23,767 bases of DNA from Polyangiales bacterium (lineage in GTDB: Bacteria; Myxococcota_A; Polyangia; Polyangiales; Houyiibacteriaceae): positions 1-23,767 of the forward strand of contig JBGCFM010000034.1 in the NCBI GenBank assembly GCA_045106895.1. The letters are read 5' to 3'. Positions 23,713-23,767 of the stretch are shown piece after piece. A model generated the notes under the pieces. The model saw nothing but the letters and a program-made list of their open reading frames with translations, was not told the origin of the DNA and ran no database searches. A program made the translations under genes and the position numbers. The first letter of the stretch is position 1; each line of letters starts with the position of its first letter.

Positions 23713-23767
23713 GACCGGCCCAGCTTAGCGGCGCCGGACGCGAAAGGGGTGTAAAAACGAGCAATTC

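Overview
GC-rich, gene-dense bacterial DNA. The gene content (Hanks-type Ser/Thr kinase, TPR-PEGA protein, Cys-rich and Gly-rich lipoproteins, paralogous Hsp70, orphan FliO) points to a myxobacterium (Myxococcota, likely Polyangia); this taxonomy is inference. I call 21 CDSs and see no RNA genes, mobile elements or CRISPR arrays. The most unusual element is a four-gene cluster at 581-6147: a helical/TPR-like protein, a J-domain-like protein without HPD, an 845-aa Hsp70, and a second helical/TPR-like protein. The Hsp70 keeps its ATP-binding motifs. It has lost the residues DnaK uses for J-domain docking and allostery, and carries a ~105-aa beta-rich insert in place of the interdomain linker. 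A second cluster at 13234-20045 encodes a TPR-PEGA protein, three lipoproteins and a convergent Ser/Thr kinase. Two of those lipoproteins are tandem paralogues, and the largest has MopE-like Asp-rich repeats and six thrombospondin-1-like repeats. Many genes have a -10 box 6-7 nt upstream of the start codon, suggesting leaderless mRNAs. All family assignments come from motif recognition by eye; no database searches were run.
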